Origin: Sulfurovum sp. UBA7648
GTDB taxonomy: Bacteria > Campylobacterota > Campylobacteria > Campylobacterales > Sulfurovaceae
Assembly: GCA_002483605.1 (NCBI GenBank)
Contig: DLIG01000021.1
Location: forward strand, 322,432 to 386,431
Reading direction: 5' to 3'
DNA length: 64,000 nucleotides
This document shows, one piece after another, positions 55,102-64,000 of this stretch. The notes beneath the pieces were generated by a model. It searched no databases, was not told where the DNA came from, and saw nothing but the letters and a program-made list of their open reading frames with translations. Position 1 is the first letter of the stretch; every line of letters starts with the position of its first letter. The position numbers were made by a program, and so were the translations under genes.

Positions 55102-55537
55102 GTATTTTTGGCTGCTGCCCATTTTTTTAGCAGCCGAGATATATACTTCATGGTACACGGCTTCTATTATCGGGATTTGGTGGAGTATTGTTTGGATCTT
55201 TGGTATGATAATAATAGGCGTGGCACTTCTTAAAAGAACACATATAGCTATTGCTTTATCGTTTCAATCATTCTTGGCATCTGGCATGAGCATTAATGCT
55301 TTGTATCGTCAAAATATTGCATATATTATGGGTGCGGTTTTGCTGATCGTGCCTGGTATGCTTAGCGATATGGCAGGGTTTTTGGTGCTGTTTTATGCTT
55401 TTTATTTGCAAACAATAGGTACAATATCACCTAAAACCAATCTTAAATCAAATAAAGGGAGTGATGATGTTATTGATGCGGAAATTATTAGTAATGATGC
55501 TATTGACCATGACCGCAATGGTCACAATAGCTTGTAG
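55076..55537 (+). CDS. fxsA: FxsA family membrane protein
   Basis: TM-rich, with [17 protein letters not shown] resembling the FxsA PGF.TD motif. The start is uncertain because the annotated ATG overlaps proS by 26 nt. Confidence 0.55.
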   Translation: MMQSLNLSKYFWLLPIFLAAEIYTSWYTASIIGIWWSIVWIFGMIIIGVALLKRTHIAIALSFQSFLASGMSINALYRQNIAYIMGAVLLIVPGMLSDMAGFLVLFYAFYLQTIGTISPKTNLKSNKGSDDVIDAEIISNDAIDHDRNGHNSL

Positions 55538-56321
55538 TGCCAAAGAGAGCGTAGACGAAAAAGCTATTTTAAAATTTGTCAAAAATCAAGTAGTAAAAAA
55601 TAAAGATGTTAAAGTATTGGGCATAACCGTTATTGAGAGAAAAAATGTCAAAGAACTTCCGGGTTGGGAAGTATTGCTAGTTACTCTGCAATTGGAATAT
55701 AATAATCAAAAATTAAATGCACCTGAGACATTTTTTGTTAGAGACAATGTGATAACGCCTGTATTGGTTGATCTTAAAACCGGTGTTAATTATCGCGATG
55801 AAATAAAACCTACGGTTCCGAATGAAGTTTATGATGCTAATCATTTGCTCTCAGGAAATGCAAATGCAAAACATAAAATCTTGGTTTTTTCAGATCCATT
55901 GTGCCCATTTTGTCAAGAAATTGTACCGGAGCTTTTAGCTGCTGCCAATGCAAATCCTGACCTGATGGCGGTTTATTATTATCATCTGCCGCTAAAACAA
56001 ATCCATCCGGCTTCTGATGTGCTTACTCGTATCATGGAAGTTGCACAAAGACAAGGAAAAAATGACATCATAGCAAAAATATATACTTTACAGATAGATC
56101 CAAATGATACAAATGAAACAAAATTGATAAATACGGTCAAGGATCAAACCGGATTTATCGTAACTCCGGCTCAAATCAACTCGCCTGAGATAATAAACGC
56201 ACTTACCAATGACGAGCAAGTCGCATCAAAATTGATGGTTACAGGCACGCCAACTATATACATAGACGGCAAATTAGATAAGCTTCGAGAAGGCTTTCGA
56301 GATCTATTACCAAAGAAATAA
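55464..56321 (+). CDS. Thioredoxin-fold thiol:disulfide interchange lipoprotein (DsbA/DsbC-like)
   Basis: Signal/lipobox ..AMVTIAC and a CPFC redox motif. AAGGGA RBS at 55455-55460. Candidate starts are GTG 55461, ATG 55464 and ATG 55467. Confidence 0.65.
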   Translation: MMLLMRKLLVMMLLTMTAMVTIACSAKESVDEKAILKFVKNQVVKNKDVKVLGITVIERKNVKELPGWEVLLVTLQLEYNNQKLNAPETFFVRDNVITPVLVDLKTGVNYRDEIKPTVPNEVYDANHLLSGNANAKHKILVFSDPLCPFCQEIVPELLAAANANPDLMAVYYYHLPLKQIHPASDVLTRIMEVAQRQGKNDIIAKIYTLQIDPNDTNETKLINTVKDQTGFIVTPAQINSPEIINALTNDEQVASKLMVTGTPTIYIDGKLDKLREGFRDLLPKK

Positions 56322-56324
56322 GAA

Positions 56325-57275
56325 GTGAAAGAATTAATAATAGCAACACGAGCCAGTGCGCTGGCCCTTTGGCAAGCATACCATGTCAAAGCTCATATAG
56401 AAAAACATTTTAACATCAAAGTTGTGCTCAATGAAATTACCAGCCATGGCGATAAAGTATTGGACCGCCCTTTGGCGCTAATTGGCGGTAAAGGGCATTT
56501 TACAAAAGAACTCGAAGATGCTATGCTGGAAGGCAAAGCACATATGGCAGTACATTCACTCAAAGATGTACCTACATATATACCTGATGGATTAAGTCTG
56601 GCAGCAATTACACAAAGGCAAGATCAAAGCGATGTTCTATTGTCGCATAAATATCCGTCACTTGATGCTTTGCCCCATGGTGCTATAGTTGGTACTACGA
56701 GTTTGAGACGACGAATGCAGCTATTGCATAAGCGCCCTGACTTGAAAGTAAAAGATCTTAGAGGAAATGTAAATACCAGATTGCGCAAACTAAAAGAGGG
56801 CGAATATGATGCTATCATTTTGGCCTATATCGGGCTTCACAGATTGGATCTATTAAAAGATATTCCTTTTGTAGAAAAGCTGTCTTTTATGCTGCCTCCT
56901 ATGGGCCAAGCAGCACTTGGTATTGAAATTATTGAAAATAATCTATTATTGCTTGATATTGCTTTGAGCCTTAATGACGAAGAAAGTTTTTGGTATACTA
57001 AATTAGAGAGAGATTTTGTCTCAGCCATAGGTGCAGGTTGTTCTGCTCCTGTGGCAGTCAATGCTGCTATGAACAATGATATGATCACAATAAGGGCCAT
57101 GATAGGTTATCCTGACGGGACACATATTATGGAGAGAAGCATGGTGGCGCATTTTGAAGAGAGTCAAAATCTTGGATTTGATTTGGCAAAAGAGATGATT
57201 AAAAACGGTGCATTGGAGATATTAAAAGAAGCAGAAAAGCTTGCTTTTAAAGATGAGATGCCGCAAAGAATATAA
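56325..57275 (+). CDS. hemC: Hydroxymethylbilane synthase
   Basis: IATRASALALWQA, HSLKDVP, TSSLRR-like GTTSLRRR and RGNVNTRL motifs. GTG start. Confidence 0.92.
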   Translation: MKELIIATRASALALWQAYHVKAHIEKHFNIKVVLNEITSHGDKVLDRPLALIGGKGHFTKELEDAMLEGKAHMAVHSLKDVPTYIPDGLSLAAITQRQDQSDVLLSHKYPSLDALPHGAIVGTTSLRRRMQLLHKRPDLKVKDLRGNVNTRLRKLKEGEYDAIILAYIGLHRLDLLKDIPFVEKLSFMLPPMGQAALGIEIIENNLLLLDIALSLNDEESFWYTKLERDFVSAIGAGCSAPVAVNAAMNNDMITIRAMIGYPDGTHIMERSMVAHFEESQNLGFDLAKEMIKNGALEILKEAEKLAFKDEMPQRI

Positions 57276-57284
57276 AGGCTTACA

Positions 57285-59096
57285 ATGCAAGACGTTATAG
57301 AGTGGTTTAAAGCCAATGGCGGAGTTAGGCTAATAGAAGAGCCTTTGGATGTAGAACTTGAGATCCCTCATATTGCTTATTTGGAGATCAAAAAAGATAA
57401 CGCTTCGCCCCTCTTATTTACTAAGCCTGTTTCAAAAAGATTAGGCATTGAGTATGATATGCCGGTATTTATGAATCTTTTTGCATCCAAGGATTTAACG
57501 GAGAAAATTTTTGGTACACATCCTGATAAGATAGCAGAGGACATAGGCTGGTTGCTAAAGATGAAACCTCCAAAAGCTTTGATGGAAAAAATTAAACTCT
57601 TGCCAAAACTCTGGAAGCTCAAAAGTGTATTTCCCAAAAGATTATCAAGCAAAGGCGAATGTCAAGAAATAGTTTGGGATACTATAGATTTGGACAAATT
57701 GCCGATCTTGAAAACATGGAGCGAAGATGGCGGCAGATTTATCACTATGGGGCAGGTGTATACACAAAGCATAGACGGCTCTGTACAAAATCTTGGGATG
57801 TATCGCTTGCAGCAATATGATAAAAATCACCTAGGAATGCATTGGCAGATTCACAAAGACGGGGCACATCTGTTTCATGAGTATGCAAAGGCCGGTAAAA
57901 AAATGCCTGTTTCTGTAGCAATAGGAGGAGATCCGCTATATATCTGGTGCGGACAGGCTCCAATGCCAAACGGCATGTTTGAATTATTGCTATATGGGCT
58001 TATCAGGGGCAAAAATGCCAAACTGGTCAAATCTTTGACAAATGAGATCTATGTGCCTCATGATGTAGATATGATCATAGAAGGATTTGTAGACCCTAGC
58101 AAGAGAGAGATCGAAGGACCGTTTGGCGATCATACAGGATATTACACGCTGCCTGAAGAGTTTCCGGTTATGGAGGTAACGGCTATCACAACCAAGAAAG
58201 ATCCGGTATTTCACGCTACCGTGGTCGGTAAGCCGCTGCTAGAAGATAAATATATGGGGTGGGGTACAGAGAGAATATTTTTGCCGCTTTTAAAACCAAT
58301 GGCCCCCGAGCTCATAGATTATCATATGCCGGAAAACGGGGTGTTTCACAACCTGATCTTAACAAAGATGCAGCCGCTTTACAAAGGGCATGCTAAGCAG
58401 TTTATGCATGCTTTTTGGGGTGTAGGGCAGATGAGTTTTGTCAAGCATGCTATATTTGTCGGCGAAGATTCTCCGGACCTGACCTCTTATGAGGCTTTGT
58501 GCGAACATATACTAAATAGATTGAGTAAAAAAAGTATATTTATCTCTGAAGGAATAGTAGATCATTTGGATCATTCCGCAAATGAACAGTTTGTCGGCGG
58601 TAAATTAGGAGTTGATGTTACGGGCGAAGAAGTATCCAAGGATATAGAACTCTTAGATGATAATGATCTGTTATCCAAAATGAAAGTCATTGACCACAGT
58701 ATCTTAGGTCTAAAACAGTATATGATGCACACCGCAAATCCAATCTGTGTCATAAGTGTAGATAAAAAATCCTCTATGCTTTGTCTTGGGCAAACTCTGG
58801 AAAGTTTGGCAAAACATATAAAAATACTTATAGTCGTAGATAAACATAATAATGACCTGGATAATCCGTATATGCTCATTTGGCGAGTAGTAAACAATAT
58901 TGATGCCATTAGAGATATTATACTTGAGCCGTTTGTTCTTATAGATGCGACCAATAAAAATCATCTTGATGGCTTTACCAGAGAATGGCCTGGCGATACA
59001 CTTTGTGATGCAAACGTTCTTAAAAATTTAAAAGAGCGGGGTTTGGTTGAATATGATGAAGCTTTGATACGCAAATGGGGATTATTGGAGTTCTAG
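57285..59096 (+). CDS. UbiD family decarboxylase (menaquinone biosynthesis decarboxylase, futalosine-pathway type)
   Basis: 603 aa. NLGMYRLQ, GGDP and FGDHTGYY blocks are typical of UbiD. Confidence 0.85.
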   Translation: MQDVIEWFKANGGVRLIEEPLDVELEIPHIAYLEIKKDNASPLLFTKPVSKRLGIEYDMPVFMNLFASKDLTEKIFGTHPDKIAEDIGWLLKMKPPKALMEKIKLLPKLWKLKSVFPKRLSSKGECQEIVWDTIDLDKLPILKTWSEDGGRFITMGQVYTQSIDGSVQNLGMYRLQQYDKNHLGMHWQIHKDGAHLFHEYAKAGKKMPVSVAIGGDPLYIWCGQAPMPNGMFELLLYGLIRGKNAKLVKSLTNEIYVPHDVDMIIEGFVDPSKREIEGPFGDHTGYYTLPEEFPVMEVTAITTKKDPVFHATVVGKPLLEDKYMGWGTERIFLPLLKPMAPELIDYHMPENGVFHNLILTKMQPLYKGHAKQFMHAFWGVGQMSFVKHAIFVGEDSPDLTSYEALCEHILNRLSKKSIFISEGIVDHLDHSANEQFVGGKLGVDVTGEEVSKDIELLDDNDLLSKMKVIDHSILGLKQYMMHTANPICVISVDKKSSMLCLGQTLESLAKHIKILIVVDKHNNDLDNPYMLIWRVVNNIDAIRDIILEPFVLIDATNKNHLDGFTREWPGDTLCDANVLKNLKERGLVEYDEALIRKWGLLEF

Positions 59097-59101
59097 TGAT
59101 A

Positions 59102-60595
59102 TCAGCTCTTGTACCAAAGAGATATTGCTCCTATTATAAATAAGCCTAAAGCGATCTCTTTTAGATCTTTGTCATATAGAAGCATAAAAAAACTAGCTAA
59201 GATAAGCAGCGATGAGCTTAAAAGAGGTTTTGCATACTCTTTTAATTCTTTTGATATCCAATAAAGCTGATCTTTGGAAAGAGAAACTTCTAGCTCGTTG
59301 TTTGCCATCTTTTGCATAGAATGTTTCATGTTTTGGATAAAAAACGGCGTATCTTTAATATTTTCGATTACCATATCCAATATCCCGTTTTGAGAACCAA
59401 GTGCTTTTGGTATATTGCTTTGAAGGATTGGCAATATATCCTTAACCCCGTTAAAATTTTCTATATATGTCGTGCCGAGTCCTTCTATGATAGCACTAAC
59501 TCTTAGTATGTATATGGCATCACTAGGAAGTTTGAACGGCAGATCTTTAGTAGATTCGAGTACGTCAAAAGCTAATTGCTGCATAGATTCGCTGTCGAGA
59601 TTTTCATCAGAAAAAATAGCAAACATTTTTGATGTAAATTCTGCCAATTCAGCTGTCGGTGCTTCATAGGCTATTGTGCCCAAACGTTTATTTGCACTAA
59701 TGTAAAGTTCATAATTTTGTTCGTGGGCAGCTTTTATAAGCTCTATTATAGCTATCCTGGTCTCGTTTGGTACTTTTTTTACCATTCCAAAATCAAGCAA
59801 TATCAATTCACCATTTTTTGAGACCAATAGATTACCAGGATGCGGATCAGCATGAAAGTAGCCTTTAATGAGCATTTGGTCAGCATAAAAATTAACCAAT
59901 TTTGATATGAGAGGTTTAAAATCAATACCGTGTGCAAGCAGATTTTCCTTGTCATCAAACCTATAACCTTCTTCAAAGCTCATAACTAGTGCATTGTCGC
60001 TGCAGTACTCTTCATAAGGCTTTGGAAACGTTATGCCGCTATTTTTGTAAAGCGTAGAAAATTCTTTCAGGTTTTGCAGCTCTATGCTCAATGAGACTTC
60101 CTGAACGATCATTTTAGAAAATTCACTGATAACAGCTTCGATAGAATTTTTGGTGTATGTACTAAAAAGAGGTTTGAAAAGACTGTTGAAAAAACTTATG
60201 ATCTTTATATCAGCTCTTACTTGATTGGTTATGTCAAATCTGCGCAATTTTACTGCCAGTTTTGTCTTATCTTTCAGATATGCGATATGAACTTGCCCTA
60301 TGGAAGCAGAAGCAATAGGGGCAGGGGAGAATTCTTGGAATATATCCATATCTCCAAAGGCGTCTTTGTAAACCGCGGCAAACTCATTATCTTTCATAGG
60401 AGGCAGTTGGTCGTGAAGTTCTTTTAGTTCATCAATATAATCTTTTGAAAAAAAATCAGACCTAGTAGCCAAAACCTGCGCTAGTTTTATAAAGCTGGCC
60501 CCAAGAGTAATGATGGTTTGTTTTAATGCCTTTGGAGGCAAAGGCTTGAGGCCAAAAAAACTCTCTTTTTTCTTTATTATCAAGTAAAGAGTCAT
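59102..60595 (-). CDS. ABC1/AarF/UbiB family atypical kinase
   Basis: GASFIKLAQVLATRSD, ASIGQVH and HADPHPGNLLV blocks, plus C-terminal TM helices. Confidence 0.82.
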   Translation of the reverse strand: MTLYLIIKKKESFFGLKPLPPKALKQTIITLGASFIKLAQVLATRSDFFSKDYIDELKELHDQLPPMKDNEFAAVYKDAFGDMDIFQEFSPAPIASASIGQVHIAYLKDKTKLAVKLRRFDITNQVRADIKIISFFNSLFKPLFSTYTKNSIEAVISEFSKMIVQEVSLSIELQNLKEFSTLYKNSGITFPKPYEEYCSDNALVMSFEEGYRFDDKENLLAHGIDFKPLISKLVNFYADQMLIKGYFHADPHPGNLLVSKNGELILLDFGMVKKVPNETRIAIIELIKAAHEQNYELYISANKRLGTIAYEAPTAELAEFTSKMFAIFSDENLDSESMQQLAFDVLESTKDLPFKLPSDAIYILRVSAIIEGLGTTYIENFNGVKDILPILQSNIPKALGSQNGILDMVIENIKDTPFFIQNMKHSMQKMANNELEVSLSKDQLYWISKELKEYAKPLLSSSLLILASFFMLLYDKDLKEIALGLFIIGAISLWYKS

Positions 60596-60639
60596 TAAAA
60601 ATGCAAATATTGCATAAACTCTAAAAGGATTATAGTAGC

Positions 60640-60912
60640 TTATTTTTTTGATAATAATTCCTCTTTTAGTTTTGCTATATCATCTTTTGTGGCAATGCCT
60701 AGCTCATCTAAAGCTTCCTTAATAGCTTCTTTGACGGCATCTTTTGATTTTTCTTCACTTTCTTTTCCTTTGTCGGCTAGTGAAGTAAGGAAGCTTTTAG
60801 CATCCTCGGTTTTTATCTTGCCGCTATCTTCAAGCTTTTTGATCTCTTCTTCTACTTTTTCTTTAAATATTGCAATAGCACCTAGCCCGGTATGAAAAAT
60901 ATCTTTTATCAT
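60640..60912 (-). CDS. Phasin-like small protein
   Basis: 90 aa, helical and K/E-rich. The N-terminus IFHTGLGAIAIFKEKVEEEIKKL resembles phasin-family (COG3937-type) proteins. Confidence 0.45.
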   Translation of the reverse strand: MIKDIFHTGLGAIAIFKEKVEEEIKKLEDSGKIKTEDAKSFLTSLADKGKESEEKSKDAVKEAIKEALDELGIATKDDIAKLKEELLSKK

Positions 60913-61087
60913 TTTAGATCCTTTTTTATTATTATAACTCTATTTTTTAATTTTGTGTGCATTGTTTTTTGAGAGATCCAAAAAACAATTAATAACAAAT
61001 AATAATTTAATTTTATTTTCTTTGTTAAACATAAGTTTTAGTGTGCTAATATCTCTAATGGAAGATTTAGTTTAAGCGAGGTCAAAA

Positions 61088-61405
61088 ATGGATACTCAAG
61101 TTCTAACATGGCTTGTTGGTGTGATAGCATTTTGTATGGTTTTTGCAACTGTGATTGTAGTGTTAATCGGCATAAATGCAATAAAAATAATGAAGCGCGT
61201 TGATAGACTTTTGCTTACTTCCCAAAATGATCTCACGCTTTTGTCAGGACAGGCAATCAAAACACTCAATGAGATCAAAGCAGAAAGCAAAATACTTGCG
61301 GACCAAGCATCGATCGGAATTTCTAAAGCAGCAATTGGTACCTTTGTTGCAGGATCTATATATCGGTTTCTAAAGAAAAAAAGTGATTCTAGGAGCACAC
61401 AATGA
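61088..61405 (+). CDS. DUF948-like membrane protein (YtxG-like), putative
   Basis: One N-terminal TM helix and a helical tail. It is coupled by an ATGA overlap to a YtxH-like gene, echoing the ytxG-ytxH pairing. Confidence 0.35.
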   Translation: MDTQVLTWLVGVIAFCMVFATVIVVLIGINAIKIMKRVDRLLLTSQNDLTLLSGQAIKTLNEIKAESKILADQASIGISKAAIGTFVAGSIYRFLKKKSDSRSTQ

Positions 61406-61707
61406 ATGAAAATAGTTTGGTAAATTTTTTACTAGGAACAGTAATAGGCGGTGTAAGCGTATATTTTGCACTTAAACATCAAGATGAGATTATAGACAAA
61501 CTCCATCAGCTGGAAGAAGAATATGCACTTGATCCTGATAATATTATGGAGTCCGCAAAAGAAAAGATAGATGTTTTGACCAAAAATATACAATCAAAAG
61601 TTGAACAGTTTAAAGAAGATGTCATTGAAAACAAAGATGATGCTATAAACGCGATCATGCAAGAACTGACTCATCTTCGCAAAGAAGTGGCGAAGTTTAA
61701 GTCCTAA
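61402..61707 (+). CDS. YtxH domain-containing protein
   Basis: N-terminus FLLGTVIGGVSVYFAL followed by a long charged helix. Confidence 0.5.
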   Translation: MNENSLVNFLLGTVIGGVSVYFALKHQDEIIDKLHQLEEEYALDPDNIMESAKEKIDVLTKNIQSKVEQFKEDVIENKDDAINAIMQELTHLRKEVAKFKS

Positions 61708-62782
61708 AAGCTTTTATTAAGTGTCTATGCTTTAATAATCTTAAAAGGGTCGTGGCAAATGCTACGATCGCAGGACCCAAAATTATCCCCCAAAAACCAA
61801 ATGTAATTAATCCTGCCATGATCGAGAAAAATATTAAAAAATCATTTACTGCTTTGTGTTCTTTATTTAATATTTTGTTTAGTAAATGATTAATTTTTTG
61901 CAAAACAAGAAGTCTTACTATATTGTCTATAAAAAATGATATCATTGCCCATGAATAAATAAAGATAATCAGGGCATTCATATAGTTGCCGCCAAAGAAT
62001 TCTTTTAAAACTATCGGTATCCAAATCAATGTTGTTCCAACAATAGGCACAACAGATGTCACTGCTATCATAAGACCCAAAATCCATGGATTGTATCCAT
62101 CAAAAAAGCCGATAAAAAGTCCAAATGCAACTCCTTGGGCGATACCGACTCCTATAAGGGTATAAAATCCGGTAGCAGATGTAGCTACCAAATCGGTCGT
62201 AAACTCTTGCAAAATAGTGCGCTTCATAGGTATGATAGGGACTATTGACAGGATCAAGGATCTTTGATACCAAGAAAGCAAAAAGAAAAAAATAACAATC
62301 AATATCATATCACCCATGCCTTTTAGGAAATCAAGCAAACTATTGCCAAAATTTATAGCAATAGTGGAAATGATCTTGTCTTGATTGACAATTAGTTGCT
62401 GATTTAGGCTTCTTAATGGTTTTTCAATCCAATACATTGAATCAGGGATCAGTGATAGCAGATGCCCAAATTGCTGATAAAGCGTAATACCCATAGAGAT
62501 AATTTCTTTTGGATTTGTAACAAGATAGTAAGTAAAAAATACAATGGGAATAAATAAAATTACAATCAAGATAGCAGTTTCGCCAGTCGCGGTTAAAATA
62601 GCTATTTTGGGCGGCGAAAGCAAATGCCTTTTAAAATATTTTTCAAAATATATATGAATAGGATTAAATGCAATTACAAGTAAAAGAGCTACAAAAAAAC
62701 TCTTCATAAAAGGATAAAAAAGCCAACCAAACATACCGAGTGTGACAACAATCATGATTTTCACAAATAGGTTTTGTTCCAT
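61697..62782 (-). CDS. AI-2E family transporter (PerM-like)
   Basis: 361-aa polytopic protein. The late conserved block VPIVGTTLIWIP is typical of this family. Confidence 0.8.
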   Translation of the reverse strand: MEQNLFVKIMIVVTLGMFGWLFYPFMKSFFVALLLVIAFNPIHIYFEKYFKRHLLSPPKIAILTATGETAILIVILFIPIVFFTYYLVTNPKEIISMGITLYQQFGHLLSLIPDSMYWIEKPLRSLNQQLIVNQDKIISTIAINFGNSLLDFLKGMGDMILIVIFFFLLSWYQRSLILSIVPIIPMKRTILQEFTTDLVATSATGFYTLIGVGIAQGVAFGLFIGFFDGYNPWILGLMIAVTSVVPIVGTTLIWIPIVLKEFFGGNYMNALIIFIYSWAMISFFIDNIVRLLVLQKINHLLNKILNKEHKAVNDFLIFFSIMAGLITFGFWGIILGPAIVAFATTLLRLLKHRHLIKAFRT

Positions 62783-62967
62783 TGATACTCCTTTTTAAAA
62801 ACTCACATATAGAATTTTATCTAAAACTAAACCACTTTGTATCAAATAATACTTAACTTTTATAAAATAGCAATGATTAGAATTATAAATAGGAGTTAGT
62901 TTATCTTTATTTAAACTTTTTATGATATCATTTTCTTGTAATAAAAATTATCTAAAAGGAAAATGAA

Positions 62968-63564
62968 ATGTTAGTAACTAAAAAAGCCCCTGATTTTACA
63001 GCTACAGCCGTATTGGCAGATGGATCAATAGTGGAAGATTTTAATCTTTATAAAAATATAGGCGCAAAAGGCGCAGTGCTATTTTTCTATCCGCTTGACT
63101 TTACTTTTGTATGTCCATCTGAAATCATAGCATTTTCTCATAGAATAGATGAATTTACAAACAGAGGTATTAATGTGATAGGCGTCTCTGTGGATAGCCA
63201 ATTTTCTCACTTTGCTTGGAGAGAAACACCGGTAGAACAAGGCGGGATAGGGCGTATTAAATATCCGTTGGTCGCAGATCTTAATAAGCAAATTTCAAGA
63301 GATTACGATGTATTATTCAACGAATCGGTAGCTCTTCGAGGTTCTTTTTTGATCGATGCAGATGGTACTGTTAGACATGCTGTTATAAATGACTTACCGC
63401 TTGGCAGAAATATTGATGAAATGATAAGAATGGTTGATACTATGCTATTTACCAATGAGCACGGAGAGGTTTGTCCTGCAGGATGGCAAAAAGGTGACGA
63501 AGGTATGAAAGCAGACACAAAAGGTGTTGCTGAATATCTCGAAAAACATGCAAGCAAATTATAG
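62968..63564 (+). CDS. ahpC: Peroxiredoxin (typical 2-Cys, AhpC/TsaA)
   Basis: FYPLDFTFVCPSEI peroxidatic Cys motif and resolving-Cys motif EVCPAGW. Confidence 0.95.
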   Translation: MLVTKKAPDFTATAVLADGSIVEDFNLYKNIGAKGAVLFFYPLDFTFVCPSEIIAFSHRIDEFTNRGINVIGVSVDSQFSHFAWRETPVEQGGIGRIKYPLVADLNKQISRDYDVLFNESVALRGSFLIDADGTVRHAVINDLPLGRNIDEMIRMVDTMLFTNEHGEVCPAGWQKGDEGMKADTKGVAEYLEKHASKL

Positions 63565-63591
63565 TTTTTAAAACAAAAGGAATTAGACGAT

Positions 63592-64000
63592 ATGATGAAT
63601 TATATTTCTATGCTCAAAGAGCATGGGCTTAAGGCAACTTTTCAAAGAATGCATATACTTGAAGTTATTGGAGAGTGTGGACATAAAGATATTGATGAGA
63701 TTTATGCTGAAGTTATAAAAATTCATCCGTCTTTGTCTTTGGCAACTATATACAAAAATATTATAATTATGAGCCAAAGCGGAGTATTATCCGAAGTTCC
63801 TGTTGTCGGTAAAAAATCCAAATATGAAATTGCCAAATCGGATCATATCCATTTGATTTGTACCCACTGCGGTAATATAGAGGACAAATATGCATCTGTA
63901 GACAATAAGAATCTATTAGATGAACTGGCAGCAAGCGAACATTTTGATCTTAATAAAAAAGAGATCAATTTATACGGTGTTTGCAGCCATTGTCAAAATA
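63592..64000 (+). CDS. Fur family transcriptional regulator (PerR-like), 3' end outside window
   Basis: Hand translation gives MMNYISMLKEHGLKATFQRMHILEVI...LATIYKNI...HLICTHCG...YGVCSHCQ. This has the Fur-family winged helix and CxxC pairs. It is not in the ORF track because no stop lies in the window. Confidence 0.75.
   Translation, partial: MMNYISMLKEHGLKATFQRMHILEVIGECGHKDIDEIYAEVIKIHPSLSLATIYKNIIIMSQSGVLSEVPVVGKKSKYEIAKSDHIHLICTHCGNIEDKYASVDNKNLLDELAASEHFDLNKKEINLYGVCSHCQN

Noticed and set aside
62783-62967. Possible PerR/Fur box upstream of ahpC
   Set aside because: Only TTATAA-type half-sites are present (for example around AATTATAAAT). The opposing half-site of a 7-1-7 box is poorly matched, so I cannot distinguish it from AT-rich background by eye.
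1-64000. Search for CRISPR arrays, tRNA/rRNA genes, IS elements, integrases, reverse transcriptases and prophage genes
   Set aside because: No regularly spaced direct repeats, no cloverleaf-like or rRNA-like segments in the intergenic regions, and no ORF with transposase, integrase or RT motifs were found. The accessory island therefore has no recognisable mobility machinery in this window.

Overview
This 64-kb window looks like an AT-rich Campylobacterota (epsilonproteobacterial) chromosome. That call rests on an HP1043/CosR-like atypical response regulator, a UPF0323-type lipoprotein, a short FtsY and a futalosine-type UbiD decarboxylase. A Sulfurimonas-like genus is only a guess. About 80% of the window is tightly packed core genes: ygiQ, a DEAD-box helicase, amt, cmoB, rny, ftsY, lpxK, argB, ppk2, thrC, an ABC-F ATPase, prmC, apaH, ftsZ/ftsA, bioA, rsmH, hemA-proS-hemC, a UbiD-family gene, ahpC and a Fur-family gene. 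The exception is an accessory island at about 4.3-16.4 kb with no integrase, transposase or tRNA. It holds a type I R-M operon (hsdM-hsdS ... hsdR) split between hsdS and hsdR by a much more AT-rich two-gene cassette. That cassette encodes a DUF1837/HamA-like D..ExK nuclease and an 853-aa SF2 helicase, which is the Hachiman-type architecture. All ORFs in the locus are chained by ATGA-type start/stop overlaps, including a 29-codon bridging sORF, and related junction repeats flank the cassette. This nested nuclease-helicase/R-M composite is my best candidate for the interesting system. Downstream lie a relE/RHH toxin-antitoxin pair bracketed by direct repeats, an unusually GC-rich lipocalin gene (blc) and an orphan flavodoxin-like gene. 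A family of REP-like palindromic repeats (consensus GTCATyCyGAA-loop-TTCrGrATC) occupies three convergent intergenic regions. I saw no rRNA, tRNA, CRISPR array or IS element. All product calls come from motif recognition by eye, not from database searches.
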